Part shown: positions 16,750-25,503 of the stretch, piece by piece
Position numbering within the stretch: position 1 is the first letter of the stretch
Layout of the letters: each line of letters starts with the position of its first letter
DNA from: Nitrospira japonica
Lineage (GTDB): Bacteria; Nitrospirota; Nitrospiria; Nitrospirales; Nitrospiraceae
DNA: 32,000 nucleotides
Direction: 5' to 3'
Assembly: GCF_900169565.1 (NCBI RefSeq)
Contig: NZ_LT828648.1
Span: 652,876-684,875, forward strand
Made by a program: the position numbers and the translations under genes
The notes under the pieces: model-generated
What the model saw: only the letters and a program-made list of their open reading frames with translations
What the model was told of the DNA's origin: nothing
Database searches by the model: none

Positions 16750-19700
16750 CTAATCACGTTGACTTATCCATGACAGATACCGGCTTGCGACTGTCGTGGC
16801 AGTCCCTGCATTGACGCAATTGATGGCACCGGTGCTGGATTGCGAACAGCCCTTCACACCACTCAAGCTACCGGTGCCAGATGAACCGTCACCTTGGCTT
16901 CCCAAGTGAATGGCAACGGTAGTGGCCAACCCCTCACCAAGACTTGTCTTGTTGTTGATATTTTGTCCGCTCAACCCGACAACCGGTGAGCTATACGGTC
17001 CACCGGTTACGTAATAGAGTGCATAGAGATTGCTCGAGCCCGCCGCCACGCAGACATCATTGCTCGGCAGAAATGTGGGGAAAAATACAATCCCGCCAAG
17101 GATGACCGGGTTCGCCACTGATCGTTCGCTTGGCCCGCTAGCTGGCACCGTCAGCTTGGTGAACCAGCCCTTCTTGCTTTGGACCAGTGAAATCAGGGAC
17201 CCATACGTTCCACCGGTCGCCATCGCTGGGACACTCGTAACCTGTTGTGTCGTGGTACCGTCACAAGTCCCATTGCCGAGTTGGCAAATAGTCGCCGTTG
17301 ACATGTCAATCAACTCGTTGTTCAGGCTGTCGTCAATACGACAGCCGGTGATGGTCGCGTCATTACATCCCCCTGAGCCCTGCAGAACCGGATCTTTGAC
17401 GCCTACGAGGAACTGAACGGAGACATCGACCTTATCGCCGGTTCCACTCAACTGGGTATAGTATCGACCGCTTCCTGCGAAGACCCAAGTGTTACCCGTC
17501 TCGTCCAATGCAAGGCCAGGGGCCTGAGGCAAAGGGCCCAATGTATTTTTTGTGGATCCGGTGGCGTTCTTGAATTGGTAGAGGATCTCTGACGGAGCTC
17601 TCGTTGGCGCAGGAGACGTTCCACCTGATGGCACGCCCCACAAAGAGGGACTCGTATTGCAGACCGGAGTGGAGGCCTTCCAACAACCGGTCGTCAAGCG
17701 AAGCAACTTCCCTTCCCACGGTGAAGCGCTGATGATTTTCCCGCCATAGATGGCGTCAGTCCGATAATCCAAGTCTCTGTCTATCGTCGACAAATCTCCG
17801 ATAAATGAATTGGGCGGACTGGACAAAGTTCCGCCGGCATCAAAAGCCGTCACAGTCGTCGAAGCCGCCGAGGTGATTCTATCTTTGAGATTGACGGCAT
17901 ACATCCTTGCCACCTGCCCAACACCGGCATCGTAACTGGTCGCTCCTGATCCGAATATGGCAAACCATTTGGCATCGCTGTCCTGCGTCTTGTCGCCTCC
18001 CAATGGACGAACCCGGACCACGCTCGGATAACTCATGGTCAGGCCAAGATTCGTATCGGAATAACTCCAAAGGAGCTTCGGCAATTTTTCAGGGTTGGTG
18101 ACGTCCAACACGAAGTATGCGCTGAAGAACGTCCGCGCAGCGTCCACCGTGGAGTCATTGTTGAAATCTGCCGCGAAGGTCATCGGCGTAGCCTGACCCC
18201 CGGTGCAATTTCCGCAACTCCCTCCCATTCGGAACCCGCCGATGAGAATTGTTCCCCATCCATTGGGATGATCTGCATCCGGGGTGAAGATCCTCGCATC
18301 CGTCACCTTCGGCTTCAGATCGACATAGTACACGTGTGTATAATTTGGATCTGCCAGCCATCTCAGATGCGGCAACAGTTCTTGCGGAATAAACGACCAT
18401 AATTCGTCGCCACGAACCGTACCTCGACCGTCTGTAGTCGCCGCATTTGAAAACCATCCATGCTCGATTTTCCCGGCAGGTGCGGTCCCGCTGGTATCAT
18501 CGCCTTTATGATAAAACCCTACGTTGAACGCGTGGAGCATGCCGTCGTTTGCTCCCAGATAGGCAACCTGGCGGCGCCCCTTGTACTGCTGGAAAAAAGT
18601 CGTGTAGGACGCATCGCCATACAACACGTCGTACCGCTCCTTCGGATCCCCGACGACAACAGGCGTCGAATAGACGGAGTCGCCAAGTTTCCACACCATC
18701 GAGGTCGGAACACTGCTGTCGTTTTTCACCGTCAACGTACGATCGCGAAGGCCCGTGATTTGGCTACCACGAATAAAATTGATGATGTTGGCGCCAGTCA
18801 TGGCCGTTGGAGCGCCACTGAGATTGAGGTAGCCAGCAATCTTGCTCTGGTTGCTGGTGTCGAATGAAATGAACTCGCCTGCAGCTGCTGAAGACGCAGC
18901 ACTACTCACGACTTTGTCATTGTCCAGGTCCACCCAGGTATAGATGTATCGATTCGCGGGTGGCATGATGGCCAGACGACGGCCTCCTTCCCAAATGGGG
19001 TTGATATCGGTGATGACCTTGTCGCATTGATGAGGTGAGTCGTCGCAAAATGCAGTGTCAAGGATGCCGTCAGGGGGCACTGTTGTATCTCTGGTCGGAT
19101 CGGCTTTACCGTCACCATTCGAATCGACAAATATATCCACAGCCAGGCGGTCGTTGATGACATCGTAGCGAGTTACAACAATGCGATCCTCGCTGAGAAC
19201 CAAGCGGCCGTCGCCGTTCGTGTCTTCGCGGAGATTTCCATAGGTATCTACGAAGAGGCCGTGCACATAACCAGCATATTTGACCTCGCGAGTACCTTCG
19301 AACTGAGTGGGATAGAAATAGGATTGATAGAGTGCGCCTTCGCCGCTCGTTGAGGACGACAAGACCGACGCAGCAGTACCAGATGACGTTTGATTCAGAA
19401 TCGCCGCGAAGGCGGCGGCCAGCTTACCCTCGAGTTCCAGAGGATTTTGCGCATAAAAGTAGGTGTCCGGCATTCCATCGCCGTCTGCGTCCCATTCCGA
19501 TGTCTTGTCTGGAAGGTTATACCCCGTCGTAGCAGGCTTATCGCTATCTTTGAATCCTCCGTACTTAGCTGCGTACCAGAGAGGATCTTTCAGGAGGCCG
19601 GCATTTGAGCCATTCGCGGTGAAAGTTCGTTCCACCCAAATGTTCGTATACGGAGCTGTTGTGTCCGATGTCCACCCCCCTGTCGTATTGTACCGCTGGC

Positions 19701-22134
19701 ACTCAAGACCGTTTCCCGCACCGGTGGGGATACTTCCACCGCACCGGATATCGTAGTATTCGCCGGCACCAGTGAGAATATTATTGAGAGTCGCCGCCGG
19801 CGTTGTCGCACTGTGACCTGTCGCGCTCACTCCGTTGATGTAGAAACCGGCCCAGTTGCCGTTCCCGGCATTGGAATATATCGGCTTCGTCTTGACCGTA
19901 ATGGTTGTAGACCCATTCGTCTTCACATACAGCCGATACCGAATGTCCAGATCGTAGTCTCCTCCATAAGTTGCATCGTCCCACATGATTTCGTAGCACG
20001 AGGTATAGCCATTCCCAACTTCGGTCGTCCAATCTGCATCATTCGTGCAGATATCGAATGCTACGAGTTGTCCCTTGTTTCCTCCGGTTCCCGCCGAACT
20101 TGACCAGGCGCCTTGACCGGCAGTTGTACATCCGTTATAGCGATTCGAATCACTAGCCGGCGCGCCCCCGGATGCTGCTGGACAACCACTGTGAAAAGCC
20201 GGGGTCAGCTGAACCTTATTGGCCCCCACGGCAAATTCCAACACAGGGACGGGTGCACTGGCTACTACGGCGTACGTCGTAATGTTCTGTTTCACTATAT
20301 TGGATGTGTCATTTCCAAGGGCGCCGCGAAGGTCCGTCGTTTTCGCATAATGGGCCAGAATTGGAAGGTAGTAGGATCCATATTTGTTCGGCTCTTCAGG
20401 GCACAGACCCCGGATATTGAGGAACGTCGTCGTTGCCTTGGCTGAGCAGATGCTGTTCGCTGAACCGCCATTGACCTCACCGATGAAGACAGAGCTGATC
20501 GGATCCAGCGTGTCCATCGAAGAAGCAGTCAGTAGTGTCGAGAGGCTAAGCCCTGTATCGTTTGTGGTAGGGGTGACCTGATTGGGAGCTGAAGTCCAAG
20601 CCTGCGCACCTGGAAGCTGGTCGGAGTCGTGAGACGGGAAGGCATCACCGAACATCAAGACAAAGGGTTTTGCGCAATACTCACAAATAGCCGGCGATCC
20701 CGTATATGGATCGCCATATCCATTGTTGGCTTCGACCGGGAAGCTGTTTGACGCGAACGTGCCGTTTCCAATGGCATAGCTCGTAATGCTGTTATCGGGA
20801 CCATTGCCGGAGGTTTTATAAAACTGTGTGGTCGCATCGCCGGACCCTGAGAGGCCTCTGAAGTAGCGGATTGCTTCATAGAACATTTCCGCGAAGGGCT
20901 CTCCCCAACTCCTGCAATTGCTTTCGGTGGGAATGCCTCCATCAACACTGCATGTTCCATCATTCCCACCGGCAGAATAATTATTACTACCGAAATTGTA
21001 TCCAACGATCCGGAACATATCGATCGTCTTGATGACCTTTGAAGTTCCAAGGATCTGTCCTGTTCGTTTGTTGATCTCTTGCGTGTACAGATCCGTGGCC
21101 TTGCTGCGGAGCACACCTCCGCTGAAATTTCTCTCGTAGCTGCCGGACATCAAACCGAATCGCATGGTCACTGTGTCGTCAGCGGTCCCGACACTTCCAT
21201 TGGAGTTCACCGACATGCGCTGGATCAAACCCTGCGGCTTATACGTATAAATATTGGTCGGAGTGGGCGTGTTGTTGTCGTAATATGTGTCGCAATTTGC
21301 TTCGAGTCCTATGGTCCAGTCACATACCTTTACTGCAACACGATAGGTCGCCTTAAGCTCTCCCCCAAACACTCCGGCTCCGTTAGCCGTCCGCTCGCAC
21401 TGTCGCACCTCAGTACTGTCAGCATCTGGCCAATTTCCGTCCAACACCATCATGTACCCGACGGTTTCACCGCTTGCACTGTTGGTATTGCAGATCGTCA
21501 CGGCTCCCGAGACGATTCCCAGCGCCGCCGTCGGAACCAGCGAACTTAGGTTGCTGCCTGCATAGGGTTTCGCCCAGGAGTGGGCATCACGGGGAGTAAT
21601 GGTTCGTCCCAAGACTGTCAGGCCATTGTTTCCACTCATCGCCGACGTCGAAGTACCGGCGTCATCTACGATGCGCATTCCTCCGTAGAGCACCTTCCGA
21701 ATAATGTCGATCCGGGCCATTGTCGCCCAGTTGAGAAAATTTCCGCTCCATTTGGCTGAGCAGAAGTGGCTATAGGTTCCGGTACCAGCAACAGCCGGGT
21801 TGAAACGTCCCGTACCGCCAAACCCAGTCCCTCCCGAGTAGTCGTAACATTTCTTCGGGTCGAAATAGCCAACATAATCGATGTTGTCCTTGTAGGTCGT
21901 GTCGACTGCGGCATCTCCACCAGGCTTTCCATTGTCCAGATCGACGATATCGTTATACCCCTTGAAGAAAAGCCGGTGATCCTTTGTCATCATCAGCATG
22001 ACGGCAGGAGGAACCGTTTTTGTGATAAACGGCGGATAGGCCGTGTAGTTGTTCATGGTGACTTGCGCGACGGCAGAATGGTGAACGATGCCGCCTGCAA
22101 TGGCCATCAGGAGAGCTAACATCAGCTTGTTCAT
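16750..22134 (-). CDS. pilY1: Type IV pilus tip-associated adhesin PilY1 (PilC-type C-terminal beta-propeller), 1794 aa
   Basis: The C-terminal signature is WKLGDSVYSTPVVVGDP...QVAYLGANDGMLHAFN. The gene follows fimT-pilV-pilW-pilX. The start was moved to ATG 22134 (MNKLMLALLMAIAGGIVHHSAVAQ|, a signal peptide, with GGGGAGGGG upstream); the track ORF start at 22254 would overlap pilX. Ca-loop motifs DADGDGMPD, DTNGDGRLVLSED and DSNGDGKAD lie at 19099-19491. Confidence 0.85.
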   Translation of the reverse strand: MNKLMLALLMAIAGGIVHHSAVAQVTMNNYTAYPPFITKTVPPAVMLMMTKDHRLFFKGYNDIVDLDNGKPGGDAAVDTTYKDNIDYVGYFDPKKCYDYSGGTGFGGTGRFNPAVAGTGTYSHFCSAKWSGNFLNWATMARIDIIRKVLYGGMRIVDDAGTSTSAMSGNNGLTVLGRTITPRDAHSWAKPYAGSNLSSLVPTAALGIVSGAVTICNTNSASGETVGYMMVLDGNWPDADSTEVRQCERTANGAGVFGGELKATYRVAVKVCDWTIGLEANCDTYYDNNTPTPTNIYTYKPQGLIQRMSVNSNGSVGTADDTVTMRFGLMSGSYERNFSGGVLRSKATDLYTQEINKRTGQILGTSKVIKTIDMFRIVGYNFGSNNYSAGGNDGTCSVDGGIPTESNCRSWGEPFAEMFYEAIRYFRGLSGSGDATTQFYKTSGNGPDNSITSYAIGNGTFASNSFPVEANNGYGDPYTGSPAICEYCAKPFVLMFGDAFPSHDSDQLPGAQAWTSAPNQVTPTTNDTGLSLSTLLTASSMDTLDPISSVFIGEVNGGSANSICSAKATTTFLNIRGLCPEEPNKYGSYYLPILAHYAKTTDLRGALGNDTSNIVKQNITTYAVVASAPVPVLEFAVGANKVQLTPAFHSGCPAASGGAPASDSNRYNGCTTAGQGAWSSSAGTGGNKGQLVAFDICTNDADWTTEVGNGYTSCYEIMWDDATYGGDYDLDIRYRLYVKTNGSTTITVKTKPIYSNAGNGNWAGFYINGVSATGHSATTPAATLNNILTGAGEYYDIRCGGSIPTGAGNGLECQRYNTTGGWTSDTTAPYTNIWVERTFTANGSNAGLLKDPLWYAAKYGGFKDSDKPATTGYNLPDKTSEWDADGDGMPDTYFYAQNPLELEGKLAAAFAAILNQTSSGTAASVLSSSTSGEGALYQSYFYPTQFEGTREVKYAGYVHGLFVDTYGNLREDTNGDGRLVLSEDRIVVTRYDVINDRLAVDIFVDSNGDGKADPTRDTTVPPDGILDTAFCDDSPHQCDKVITDINPIWEGGRRLAIMPPANRYIYTWVDLDNDKVVSSAASSAAAGEFISFDTSNQSKIAGYLNLSGAPTAMTGANIINFIRGSQITGLRDRTLTVKNDSSVPTSMVWKLGDSVYSTPVVVGDPKERYDVLYGDASYTTFFQQYKGRRQVAYLGANDGMLHAFNVGFYHKGDDTSGTAPAGKIEHGWFSNAATTDGRGTVRGDELWSFIPQELLPHLRWLADPNYTHVYYVDLKPKVTDARIFTPDADHPNGWGTILIGGFRMGGSCGNCTGGQATPMTFAADFNNDSTVDAARTFFSAYFVLDVTNPEKLPKLLWSYSDTNLGLTMSYPSVVRVRPLGGDKTQDSDAKWFAIFGSGATSYDAGVGQVARMYAVNLKDRITSAASTTVTAFDAGGTLSSPPNSFIGDLSTIDRDLDYRTDAIYGGKIISASPWEGKLLRLTTGCWKASTPVCNTSPSLWGVPSGGTSPAPTRAPSEILYQFKNATGSTKNTLGPLPQAPGLALDETGNTWVFAGSGRYYTQLSGTGDKVDVSVQFLVGVKDPVLQGSGGCNDATITGCRIDDSLNNELIDMSTATICQLGNGTCDGTTTQQVTSVPAMATGGTYGSLISLVQSKKGWFTKLTVPASGPSERSVANPVILGGIVFFPTFLPSNDVCVAAGSSNLYALYYVTGGPYSSPVVGLSGQNINNKTSLGEGLATTVAIHLGSQGDGSSGTGSLSGVKGCSQSSTGAINCVNAGTATTVASRYLSWISQRD

Positions 22135-22157
22135 GATCCTACCCCTCCCCATTCCAG

Positions 22158-22790
22158 CTACAACTTTCTCTGGCAGGTTTCGCCCGTCAGCGTGCAGGCA
22201 TAGACTCCTACGATCCGACTCTCTGTTCCAGTCGCGGCCAACGTGGCTCGGCAATCAACGCGGTAGAGCACATCGACGCCTCCACCGGCACTCCCCGATC
22301 CCGCTCCTTCATAGCCTGCGGCGAACTGCATGCCGGATCCCGCCTTCGCCTGTAAGTACAGACGGTCGATGTCGCCTCGCACGGTGTACCCATTGATTGT
22401 CTGACTGTAGTCCGGCCCCGAAGCTCCTGACCCAGTTACTGTATCCGCGTGATTGTCGGCTTGACCGTTTATTTCCATTGAAAGGGACGGATTAGCTGCT
22501 GTCTCCGCTCCGGTCGGAACCGGCCCGCTAGAACTGACAACCGCCGCCGGCACCGATCCGTTCTCGATGGTCTGCTGGATGATCTTTACCGATGAACTGA
22601 GACAAGACTCGGCAGCATCCGCAGCGACTTCCGTCGTTCGCTGGAATCCTGCAATTCGATTTTCGAGTCCTGTGACCGTCATGGCGGCGATACCCAATAC
22701 CGTCAGGATGAGCATGAGGATCATGACCATCAAGAAGGCCACGCCATGCTCATTCCTGACCATGTGACCGTTTGTCTCATCGACTGGCAT
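22158..22790 (-). CDS. pilX: Type IV pilus minor pilin PilX (PilX_N domain)
   Basis: ...NEHG|VAFLMVMILMLILTVLGIAAMTVTGLENRIAGF is a PilX_N-type hydrophobic N-terminus with no Glu at +5. ATG 22790 has AGGAG 7 nt upstream. Position between pilW and pilY1. Confidence 0.75.
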   Translation of the reverse strand: MPVDETNGHMVRNEHGVAFLMVMILMLILTVLGIAAMTVTGLENRIAGFQRTTEVAADAAESCLSSSVKIIQQTIENGSVPAAVVSSSGPVPTGAETAANPSLSMEINGQADNHADTVTGSGASGPDYSQTINGYTVRGDIDRLYLQAKAGSGMQFAAGYEGAGSGSAGGGVDVLYRVDCRATLAATGTESRIVGVYACTLTGETCQRKL

Positions 22791-22809
22791 GCTGACTCCT
22801 GGTCTCGAT

Positions 22810-23934
22810 TTATTGCTCGACATTTCGAGCATCGACCGTCCTCGTCAACTGACGGCGTCTAAATTGTTGATACGTGGAGGCAACATACCCAGGATCTGCA
22901 GAGTGAATGTGATCGCTAATCGTCAGAGGACCTGCCGTTAACACGCCGGCCTGCTGTGCCTCACCAAGGCCCTGATCCCGGACTGATTGTCTGGCAACGA
23001 CGTTGACCTGCACCATTCTGATGGTGGCTGGATCGAAGGTGAGAGGAGACCAGACTCTATTGGTCTGCCAGTCTCCGACATCGAACGTATTGTTCGCGTT
23101 CCAGTCGTCAATAACCCCGTCCGGCACGCCTGTCTTGATGGCACCGTTGCAGCCGTCACAAGCGAGCGCGAACTGAATATCCTCGACGCCGTCGACAATA
23201 TTTGTTACGGAAGGCGCCGCCGTTCCCGTGTCCACAGTTCGAAGGAGGCATGGGCTGGAAGTGCCGCACGCCGTTGAAGTTTGTCCGATCGAGTAGGTTA
23301 TACACTGCAACAGATAGACTTGGGTCCCTGCCGGAAATGTCACTGGCAAGTTGAACCCACTGCTAAAGTTGACGGCAGATCCGCTGCTGGTCGAGACCTG
23401 CGCGGTCAGGACCCCTCCTACGGACACATACGCACCCGTGCCGTTCACCATGCCCTCGGTTTGCATCTCTGAAACTGCGGTTCCGTTGAGGGTGATGGCG
23501 GTGAAGGAACTGGCCGGTGCGACAGGGACGGCCTGGGAAAGAGTCCATCCGGGATTGGTTCGAGGAACGATCAGGGAAAGCGTGTCCGGGCCATCGTCGT
23601 TCGGGAGAGCGGATGGTGTCGAGATTTTATCAACAGGTCTGATCGCCAAGCTTGTGCCTCCGGAGGCACAGTTACCCGCGGTACCTCCCACGGGCACATT
23701 GGGGGATAGTGGCATTCGGAATCCGGCCAGCTTGATGTCGCGCGCGATCAATTCCATGGCCAATCTGGCATTCTGCTGCGTACCCGCCGCTTGTTCGTTG
23801 GCTTTTGTGGACTTATCCGTAGTCGTGAGCACTGTGAAGCCGGCCGTCACAATGATGCTCGTCACGGCCAGGGCAATCATCAGCTCCACCAGTGTGATGC
23901 CATGCTGAGAGTACATTCGGCGCTCAGTGTCCAT
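22810..23934 (-). CDS. pilW: Type IV pilus minor pilin PilW
   Basis: Prepilin motif QHG|ITLVELMIALAVTSIIV, followed by ...GTQQNARLAMELIARDIKLAGF, the PilW/GspJ-like pattern. 374 aa. Confidence 0.8.
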   Translation of the reverse strand: MDTERRMYSQHGITLVELMIALAVTSIIVTAGFTVLTTTDKSTKANEQAAGTQQNARLAMELIARDIKLAGFRMPLSPNVPVGGTAGNCASGGTSLAIRPVDKISTPSALPNDDGPDTLSLIVPRTNPGWTLSQAVPVAPASSFTAITLNGTAVSEMQTEGMVNGTGAYVSVGGVLTAQVSTSSGSAVNFSSGFNLPVTFPAGTQVYLLQCITYSIGQTSTACGTSSPCLLRTVDTGTAAPSVTNIVDGVEDIQFALACDGCNGAIKTGVPDGVIDDWNANNTFDVGDWQTNRVWSPLTFDPATIRMVQVNVVARQSVRDQGLGEAQQAGVLTAGPLTISDHIHSADPGYVASTYQQFRRRQLTRTVDARNVEQ

Positions 23935-23952
23935 ATTGACGATGTCCTTGCC

Positions 23953-24483
23953 TTATTCCGGAGCGACGACAGTCACCAAGGTAATGCTCTTTGGCATAAG
24001 GGACGCGCTTCCGATGTTCGAGTTGGCCATCCAGTCCAGCCTCACGGTAACCGTGCTGCGCGTGAGCCCAAGCGGATCCAACGCAGGAGGGGCCGGATTC
24101 AAGACTACGGTTCCGGCGATATTGCTGAGACCAGAATTGAGCAACAAGGTTCGCCACTGGACACAATCGCCGTTCGCCATCACGTTCACAGTCGACGCCG
24201 GACACGTCGTGACCGCGGAACTCACGTTTATGTTGTGATAGGCAGTAACGTTACGGCGGTTGAATTGAATCCGCTCGACCATGTCGGCGGCAAGATTGCT
24301 CACACGGGTCATCTCATTTCCATTTATGTTCCTCTTTAACGACATGGCTTGCATTCCTGATAAGGCAAGCAAGCCGACGGCTAAGATCAGGGCCGCCACC
24401 ATGCTCTCGATGAGAGTAAATCCCCACTCACTACCGTTTATGTCTCTCCTGGCCACACGCGTCTCCAATTCGGTTATCAGCAT
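23953..24483 (-). CDS. pilV: Type IV pilus minor pilin PilV
   Basis: Prepilin motif EWG|FTLIESMVAALILAVGLLALSGMQAMSL, the PilV signature. ATG 24483 overlaps the upstream gene stop by 7 nt (ATGCTGA). The track ORF start at 24501 is TTG. Confidence 0.8.
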   Translation of the reverse strand: MLITELETRVARRDINGSEWGFTLIESMVAALILAVGLLALSGMQAMSLKRNINGNEMTRVSNLAADMVERIQFNRRNVTAYHNINVSSAVTTCPASTVNVMANGDCVQWRTLLLNSGLSNIAGTVVLNPAPPALDPLGLTRSTVTVRLDWMANSNIGSASLMPKSITLVTVVAPE

Positions 24484-24944
24484 GACGCCTTTGCGCACCA
24501 ACTCACCTTCCCGGACGGCAACACCAAGAGCGCGTAAACAAGCCCTCGTTCATTCTGTATCTGAATCGTTTGAGAAGCGGTCGCTGTACTCAATCCCATA
24601 GAAGAGAAGTTCACCGTCGCTGTACCTCCAGGAAGGGTCGTCACCCGCGGCATCAATGTGCGAGTGGGGAAAATCTGCTGCCCACCTGAGACACCGCTCA
24701 CTTCTATGAGTGCCCCCGACAACTGGATCGTAACGGTCGCCTGCCTATTTCGATTCATCGCAACTAACTTCGCTAGATTCAGATCCCCGGAGACTTCACT
24801 CATAGCTTGTTTCAGCTGATAACGAGCCAACCATTCATTGATCGCGGGAACAGCAATAATCGAGGCAATGCCGATGATCGCCACCACAATCATCAATTCG
24901 ACCATTGTGAAGCCCGCTTCTCTTCCGTTATTGCTATTGCTCAT
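24477..24944 (-). CDS. GspH/FimT/FimU-family type IV minor pilin
   Basis: Prepilin motif REAG|FTMVELMIVVAIIGIASIIA, then INEWLARYQLKQAMSEVSGDLNLAKLVAM (GspH-domain pattern). It is the first gene of the tetrad. ATG 24944 is preferred; the track start at 24971 is GTG. Confidence 0.75.
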   Translation of the reverse strand: MSNSNNGREAGFTMVELMIVVAIIGIASIIAVPAINEWLARYQLKQAMSEVSGDLNLAKLVAMNRNRQATVTIQLSGALIEVSGVSGGQQIFPTRTLMPRVTTLPGGTATVNFSSMGLSTATASQTIQIQNERGLVYALLVLPSGKVSWCAKASC

Positions 24945-24995
24945 ATCTGCACGATATTTGTGTAAGGACACCTCGAAAGGTCCCCACGGGGTTGA

Positions 24996-25010
24996 GCAAG
25001 CACTATGCCA
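24996..25010 (-). promoter_or_regulatory. Sigma-54 (RpoN) -24/-12 promoter upstream of the fimT-pilVWX-pilY1 operon
   Basis: The minus strand reads TGGCAT-AGTGC-TTGCT against the consensus TGGCAC-N5-TTGCW. GG and GC are correctly spaced. It lies 25-50 nt upstream of the candidate starts, and a 33% GC tract sits just upstream (25011-25100). Confidence 0.6.
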
Positions 25011-25503
25011 TTCGACAAATATGGCCAGTTCAATTCAAATGTTGGATTAATCAGCTTTTTTCGATCTGAAATAGTCAAAGCCACCATGTTGGGGCAGACA
25101 AATTTCGTCATGGAGGTTCTGATTTTGCGCCCACTCAAACCGTCAAAAGTTGCTGGCGGAGTGGTGCAATGTGCCCTGAAGGTACTACGACACGAGAGCG
25201 GCGCGCCCAGGTTCAAGGTCTGCAGAAACCCTGAGATGTGTAGGACGTACCTGAAGTTCGACCTGATGAGGGATGAAGGCCGGGGGATGCCGTCGCTGCG
25301 ATTCTCTGAAGCGAGGCCTGCTTACCTTGGCACAAAATCCGAATCTGACGCTTGAACGGCAATATCTGCTTCTACAAGCAATTCGAACCTATTGTTCCAC
25401 TTCACGGCAACATGAGCGCATTGTCATAGCCCTCTTATTGGAGCCGTACAATGCCTCGCATTATCAAGGTGGACCGGCCATACAAGATAGAGTACCTGTG
25501 AAT

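Noticed and set aside
22135-22254. N-terminal 40-codon extension of the pilY1 ORF
   Set aside because: It would overlap the pilX 3' end. The internal ATG at 22134 has a strong purine-rich RBS and gives a canonical signal peptide.
25021-25060. Possible IHF site (TAATCAGCTTTTTT) in the AT-rich tract upstream of the sigma-54 promoter
   Set aside because: It has two mismatches to WATCAANNNNTTR, including the TTR element. It is plausible in context but cannot be supported from sequence alone.
25328-25344. TGGCAC on the + strand (TGGCACAAAATCCGAAT) as a possible sigma-54 promoter
   Set aside because: The -12 element is absent (CCGA instead of TTGC). It also points away from any + strand gene.
25378-25389. 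GGTTCGAAT (minus strand), resembling a tRNA T-loop
   Set aside because: The flanking bases cannot form a T-stem (ATAGG versus TGCTT). No acceptor or anticodon arms could be built either, so this is not a tRNA.
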